Positions 56,959 through 64,000 of a stretch of DNA of 64,000 nucleotides are shown here, piece after piece. The stretch's first letter is position 1, and every line of letters starts with the position of its first letter. The notes under the pieces were generated by a model. That model ran no database searches, was not told where the DNA came from, and saw only the letters and a program-made list of their open reading frames with translations. Source of the DNA: the human T2T-CHM13v2.0 reference genome, Homo sapiens; the NCBI RefSeq assembly GCF_009914755.1, contig NC_060937.1. One strand, written 5' to 3'. Made by a program: the position numbers and the translations under genes.

Positions 56959-57686
56959 TGACACAGTGAGTAGTCTATCTTCTGGTTAAAAACCTACCTG
57001 TGATTTTTTTAGCCTTGACCATAGGCAATGACAAAGGCTTTACCTGGCAGGCTTCATAAGAGGAAGCTGGCCTCCCAACACCAGCCTTGGGGTACACCCA
57101 GGGCATTGCAGTCTCTGAAGGGAGTTACAGTCAAGGACTTGAGCCCTTTCCTACCATGCTCTTTACACATATTCACATTCCTAGGTCTTTTTATCTGAAA
57201 CCTAACACCTAGGTCGGCTTCAGGCCCATTGGCTGAGGCCTCCATATCAACGGGAAGGAGGGGAAAACCTTAAAGGCACTTTCCCCGTTTTCACTCATTA
57301 CTCAGTAATTTTCCACCCCTTAATCCCCCACCCTCAACTACAGGGTCTATGAAACTGTCAGAGCCTTTGTTTTTGGTCTCCCTCAACACTTAGAAAGACA
57401 CCATGTCTGTGCTGATCTTCCTGACTTTCCCCTGGTGTGCCTTTCCACGGGGCAAAATTGAGTAGAGGGAGTCTGCATTATCCTCAGTTTTAGCCTTTTG
57501 CTTACACCATAGCAATGAGTGAGTAAAGGCTTAACTCTTTTACCTTTTGGCTTGTTGCTTTAATTGGCTACTCTGTCACCTGACAGTTCAGCATGCTCTC
57601 TCTCTCTCTCTATGTCTCTCTCCCCCACCCCCACCCCCACCCCCCCCCCACACACACACAAACACAGCTCAGCTGAGCTCCTGACA
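56959..57686 (+). mobile_element. MER74-group ERVL solo LTR
   Basis: ggtctatgaaactgtcagagcctttgtt, gtctgtgctgatc, ttagccttttgcttacacc...taaaggctt; TG...CA termini. Confidence 0.65.
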
Positions 57687-58429
57687 CATAGAGGTCAGTA
57701 GGGTGAAGGGGAGGAGCATCTATTATCCTCATCGTCAGGGCCTCCCTCCTCATTTTTCTTCTTTGCACTCAGTCCCCTTAAGATAACATTCATATTGTTT
57801 TCTATTATTTCCTCACAGTATTAACTTGTGGGCTCTTTCTTAAATCTCTAATTTGCAGGATAAGCTTTGGAATATTTTGATCAATTTCCCTTTCTCCTGC
57901 CATTTTATATTATTTACTAAAATTTCTGTATATTTTCTTTTCTATATCTTCTAACAAGTGTACAAAACTTTTCATCTGTATTTTAGAGTAACTTGTGCTT
58001 TCCCGAAAAATAATCCCCAACCATAATCAATAATACTCTTGTAGTCCAAAACCTGAAATGGAATCCTCAGGTGATTTCGTGCATGGGAAAACAGGTCCCT
58101 GAATAACGGAGATTTTCCCGAGAAAATGTTATTCATTATATTTGTGGATTTCCTACAAAATTAACTGAAAACTTCTCTACCTAAAATTTAAGGAATGCTA
58201 TCATGTGATCCCATTCTACCTTGTAAGTTTTTCCTTATAATTGTACATTACATGTAATTTAGGCTCCAGCAAAACAATTACAACTGGACTCTATTTTTTT
58301 CCAATCTTTAACCAATTGAATTATAACTGAACGTTAGGACATGACTCAAAGATCTTCTTTCAATACATGTTTTCTCTTTCAGCATGAAATCTCACAAAAT
58401 ACGTATATGTTTTATATTTATCATCTAAA

Positions 58430-58580
58430 TTGTGTCTGTTATTTTGGTGTTTATTAAATTCTCTCTACTGGGTTTTAATATCCATTACAACAGAAACTGG
58501 ATCTTGCTTTTCTACCCCCTGTATAGTCAAACACAATGCCTATCACATTGCAGGTGTTCAGCATATATTTTTTGAGGTGC
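58430..58580 (+). mobile_element. L2 3' fragment
   Basis: acacaatgcctatcacattgcaggtgttcagcatatatttt. Confidence 0.55.
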
Positions 58581-60322
58581 AAAGGAAGTACTAGTGATAA
58601 AGGAATTATCGTTTCAAGTGGAAAAATTAACAGTAGTATATCTCAAATGGCATTTTTTTGCATAACATGGCTTAAGTTTTGTAGGTAAAGGGCGATTGTT
58701 ATAATAAATAGCTTATGAAATGTTAGGGAAAATCCAAACTATGAAGCACAGAATTCCAAAATGAATTAATACACAAATTAAAGCTCATAGTTAAATCTAG
58801 TGATAACTATTTGTATTTGGTCAAAATGGAAGAAAATATTTTCAATATGTTTTATGGATTAAACATATCATGTAGTCACTATTATATACAAGATACTTAT
58901 ATTTTTATAATTTTTCTTTAATCAAATGCACGTTCATTCTCAGATGGCTTGTTTTTGAAAAGTCAAATATTGAATGAAGATATAGGTATCTAGGATCTTA
59001 GAACTCTGGCAGATGGTAGGTAATTTATGATTTTGTGGATGGGTGACCATTTGTCAGAGTAATGATACTCTGTAAAATCACAACATGAAAAAAACTGAAG
59101 GGAGGTAGTGGATGCATTCGAGAATAAAAGCTTTTATAACTGCTATTCTCTAACAGTGCATGAAAAAAAAGAATTTGAGCATGAACATGCCATTTTGGTT
59201 GTCTCTAGGTTAGGCACCAAAAGGACTTCTGCAGAGTATGAAGATTAGCCTGAAAATAGAGATGGTCTGGCTCAAGGGTTTCCAATTCTGTTTTCAATGG
59301 CTTTGTTCTTTCCAGTTCTCTCTTATCTGGTCCAGCTGTTCTCTGCCTTCCTTCTTTGTTCTTCGCTCCTCCCCCAATTAGAGAGAGGTCATTGGATAAC
59401 AGACAACCTGGGCAAATCAGTATGGATCCTTTATGGTTTCCCAGGAAACCTTTCATGTCCTCTGATTTCAGGAAAAACTTTTCTGTGGAGTATTTTAAAA
59501 GATAATTTGAAGTCTATTTTCTCATGTCTGAAGTCTGAGACATTTACAACAGTCTCTCAAAGTAAAGTTTCATTAAGTGTTAGGTATTAAGACATTAGTT
59601 AATAGTCTTTAAGAATTGCATTAATAGCATTCCACAAGAGCTAAGTATGGAGATTTGTATAAGAAGGAAGGCATTAACAGGAGCAAAACTAATTTACACA
59701 TTCTTATGTAGAATCAAGTTGAGAGTACAACAATCTTTCACACAGCAAGAAACATTTATTAAAATGGAATACAGAATTTTACTTACCAGTAAATAGCAAC
59801 ATATTCATTCTCCCACGTATTTACAACCTTACTTCAAAACATCTTTCAGATCTACACCAACTTAACAGGAAACAATTAATAATTTTGTTCATAATTTCTA
59901 TGCTTTTTCATACTCGAAATAAAGCTAAATAGAAACTTCATGGATTAATTCGGTAAGTATACTCTTAATCCCACAAAGCTATAACTCTTAGTGGATAAAT
60001 TATTATTTTGTATATTCTTCTCATATTTGAAATATTCCATTTTATTTAAAGGTATATGTTATGCCTCAAGTGTCTGAGACATATCAAACAATATTTTCCT
60101 GAAAATAAATACATAATATGCAAATGATAAAATGGAATTTAATTCACCTTGTGTGTTCTATGCTTGTGGAGTCATTAGGCGTGTGAAATAGAGAACTCAT
60201 TCTCAATGTTTAAGAACTTTCGATCTAGTTAGGAAGACAATTCATACAGTTGAGAAACAATTATTTTCAAATTTTGCTTAATCAATCAATACAGTATTGG
60301 AGAAAAACCTCGGGGTCTTACT

Positions 60323-60779
60323 ACTCTGATGATAGTTTCCTTCGGTGTGCAGAAGCTCTTTAGTTTAATTAGATCCCATTTGTCAATTTTGGCTTTTGTT
60401 GGCATTGCTTTTGGTGTTTTACACATGAAGTTTTTGCCCATGCCTATGTCCTGAATGGTATTGCCCAGGTTTTCTTCTAGGATTTTTATGATCCTAGGTC
60501 TTACATTTAAGTCTTTGATCCCTCTTGAGTTGATTTTTTTGTAAGGTGTAAGGAAGGGATCCAGATTCAGTTTCTCCATATGGCTAGCCAGTTTTCCCAA
60601 CACCATTTATTAAATAGGGAATCTTTTCCCCATTGATTGTGTGTGTCAGGTTTGTCAAAGATCAGATGGTTGTAGATGTGTGGTATTATTTCTGAGGCCT
60701 CTGTTCTGTTCCATTGTTCTATGTATCTGTTTTTGTACCAGTACCATGCTGCAAATCTGGAGCCATCACACTACCTGAC
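60323..60779 (-). mobile_element. L1PA (about PA7 age) ORF2 fragment with 28-bp inverted 5' piece
   Basis: ORF 60286-60606 encodes [14 protein letters not shown]...[15 protein letters not shown] (ORF2p C-terminal region); 60752-60779 is L1 in the opposite orientation. Confidence 0.92.
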
Positions 60780-60784
60780 AACTT

Positions 60785-61000
60785 GTTTTAAAGTTAAATA
60801 CACTTAGGAAATCCAAAAATTCCATTTTCTATGTATCTACCTAGCAGAAATGAATACATCTATCCACACACAGAAAATATATAAATGTTTATAGCAGCAT
60901 TATTTACAGCACATAAACAAAAAGTGTAAACAACCCATATTTTCATCAACAGATAAAAAGATAGACAAAATTAAATATATGCATAAAGATACTAGGTGGT
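60785..61000 (+). mobile_element. Old L1M 3' fragment
   Basis: agttaaatacactt, aatgtttatagcagcattattt, aaacaacccatattttcatcaacag. Confidence 0.7.
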
Positions 61001-62998
61001 AAGGTGGGTTTAAAAATTAAATGATAAAATCAAGCTTTTATATAATAGTTTTACAAGTTCACAAGTTTTGATTAAGAATAAATGTAGAGTTTTACTTTGG
61101 TTCAAATTAAATTTCATTAAGTCAGGATCGGAAAGAATAAACTTAACTCCAAATCATTTGAAAACTACATTAAACCTGGAAATTATGTAACAGGAACAAT
61201 GAAAGTCATAGCAGATAATTATTAGAAACTAATAAATTTTATTAAAGAAATATATTTCTTAAAGAAGATAAACATTTTAAAGGTTAAAAAAGTTTTTATT
61301 TAGAAGAGAAGTCACCTAATTTCAGAATTGTTTTATTAAAAAAAAAAGAGGATCAATTGCTTTATGTCAGAGAAAGGCAAAGTTCAGTTCAGTATGAAGA
61401 AGAATTTTCTGTCAATTTGTACTAGCTAGACAAGAGAATAGAGTGTTCAAGAAAAAAAAATGTAAGAAATGATAAAGAAGAAATTCCTCACTGGGTTTTA
61501 TTAAGATCTATCCAAGTACTATATATTATTTTATAATTTGATTTTTATTATGCATTTTATGTACTTCTAAATAAAAACCTGCAAACACCTAAATAAGATA
61601 CTGACAGTACCAGCTTATAAATATCTTGTATTTAGATCTCTTCATTATTATTATTAACATTAATTTTGGTATCAGGGTCCATAGAATGATACCTTTAGGA
61701 GCTGGTAAGGTATTTAATAGTATTTGCAGTACACAGACTGATCTCTAATTGATGGTGCACCTCTCTTATCTCCTACTTCTTTATTATAGCTCAATGTGTT
61801 AAGCTATCAGGAAAGCTTCTAATCTGCTGTCAGATGCAACAAGCCAGACAACCAATCTTGCGAAATCAATAAACTTAACTATGCATGCAGTTCTGAGTCA
61901 GTAGTTTCCCATCTGAGTGAGGTCAATTAAAGTGAGCAAACTTTAGGACAGGTACTTGATAAGCTAAGCTATTTTTGTACATATTTGTGATTGTGATCTA
62001 AATCAGATGTCATTCAAATCTTTTATGGATGTTGACTGATAATGATGGAAGAAGAGAAATTCTCATAAAGTGTGTGTTTGTATTGGACTTAGAAATAATT
62101 GCAATTTTCATTTTGATTTGTTTCATTTTGGTGGAGTGGAGCGAGAAAGGTATTTTAAGCAAGTAGGAAACACTTGATAAGAGGAAAGAAGAAACAGGGA
62201 AAAAAGAAGAAAGATTATTTAAGTAGAAAAAAAAGACAAGATAGATTAGGTGATGAGTTCCAATTATTGGAAGCCTTTTTGTACGAGGTGGAACAAAAGT
62301 TTGAGCAACGTTAATACATGTAGAATTTTTTTGAATCATATGTACGCAAATACATAAACACCATTTTCATTCTTCTTTTTGTGTTTCCCATTTAACAAGA
62401 TAATATGCGAGTGAGGCTAAACATTTTTAATATTCAAAACTGAAATCAACAGTCCAGCCATCATTATTAACTTCTAAATGTGCTCATACTAGTGGTGTAA
62501 ACTGGTTATAAGAGTATTTCTCTTGAATAATTAGTCTTCTTAACTCATTTACATGTAGTGAGAAAGCATCATTTACATTTACTTAAGATCACTTTTCTTT
62601 TTTTCTCCTTCTGAAATGAAAATCAATCATGCACAATTAATAAAAATATTGGCTCAAACTGCATGGCAATATTTGGTTATCAGGTAATTAAATACTTCAG
62701 AATGTACACATATTAATATTTTCATCAAAATAAAAGAGGCATCATCTAAATACACCTCGTTCAATATCTGGGTTTCAAGAAACCAGTTTCAGAAACACTG
62801 CTTACTTAAGTGAGAGGATCAATAGTGTTGAGATGTTTTTCTTTCTCAATTGCTAAGCTATCTTTGATGTTGGAGTCTTCTCAGATCTTTTGTTTTGCTG
62901 AAAGAGGTAATAAACTAAGCATAGTACCAGAGTTTCTGCAAAGGTTTCTTCAATTTCCATTGCCCCAGGCAACCCACGAGAGAAACTATAGTATGTGA

Positions 62999-63392
<394 letters not shown>

Positions 63393-64000
63393 GACAGTTT
63401 TAAGCACTACTGCAGGGCTTATATATTTAATTAAATTCCTTTGTTGGTTGGTTTTAAAAGGTTTTAGTTTTATTTTTTACTTTCTGTTTTTTTCCTTTTG
63501 GGGAGTTTGACTTGGGTCTTAAAATTTGACATGATAGTGAAAGACTTATAGAAGCCCAGTTTTACACAGGTTATATATATATATATATTTTTTGATTACA
63601 TAAACTGTGACCTATGTCTGTTTATTCAATTACAAATAAACGTCTTTACTTAGCTTATGTTGTCCTTGGTGTCCCACAAACTGCCTTCCACCCCATTACT
63701 CATGAGTCAGATCCACATTTTTGTGCACTCATCTGACTGTGGTTCTCTTGCTCTCGTTTCATACAGAACACTCAGCAGGTACTAGGACTTATTACACTGT
63801 TCTAGTAAATATAAACCTTGTTGTACCATCTTCACTGCTTTTTTAAAGTTACCATTCCATCCTGATTTACTATCTGTTTCACGTCTTTCTGTGTCACAAG
63901 AAACACCATTTGTCATCTAAATTCTCTCTTTTACCTTAAGCTAAAGCCACAAGCAATACCATATATGATAATATTTTTCCTTCTCCTTAAGCCCAAATCA

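Noticed and set aside
59200-59590. Hydrophobic 97-aa ORF resembling a signal peptide
   Set aside because: Explained by a pyrimidine-rich tract; no promoter, exon structure or homology evident

Overview
Primate (human-like), AT-rich, repeat-dominated genomic DNA, either intergenic or deep intronic. I found no protein-coding gene, RNA gene, CpG island or CRISPR array. The longer ORFs in the track fall in Alu, L1/HAL1, LTR or low-complexity sequence, and the few in unique DNA resemble no protein I recognise. Main content: a full-length degenerate L1PA16-type element (~42870-50720) carrying a MER11D (HERV-K/HML-7) solo LTR and an AluS; an older near-full-length L1M (~18290-23820); an internally deleted two-LTR THE1B element with a perfect 5-bp TSD; an ERVL LTR33 with internal sequence; several solo LTRs (LTR27-like, MER4E, MER67, MER74-like, MLT1, one unclassified); two Tigger3 DNA transposons; 12 Alus; L2/MIR remnants; and microsatellites. 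I cannot support a novel gene system here. The most interesting signals are structural fossils: a 24-bp sequence copied into a palindromic (TA)n tract, a candidate L1 5' transduction, a twin-priming L1 inversion lacking its 3' end, a recombinant Alu monomer, nested inverted Alus, and a few weak candidate exons or enhancers in unique DNA. Subfamily names come from my recollection of consensus sequences, not from a search, and boundaries of old elements are approximate.
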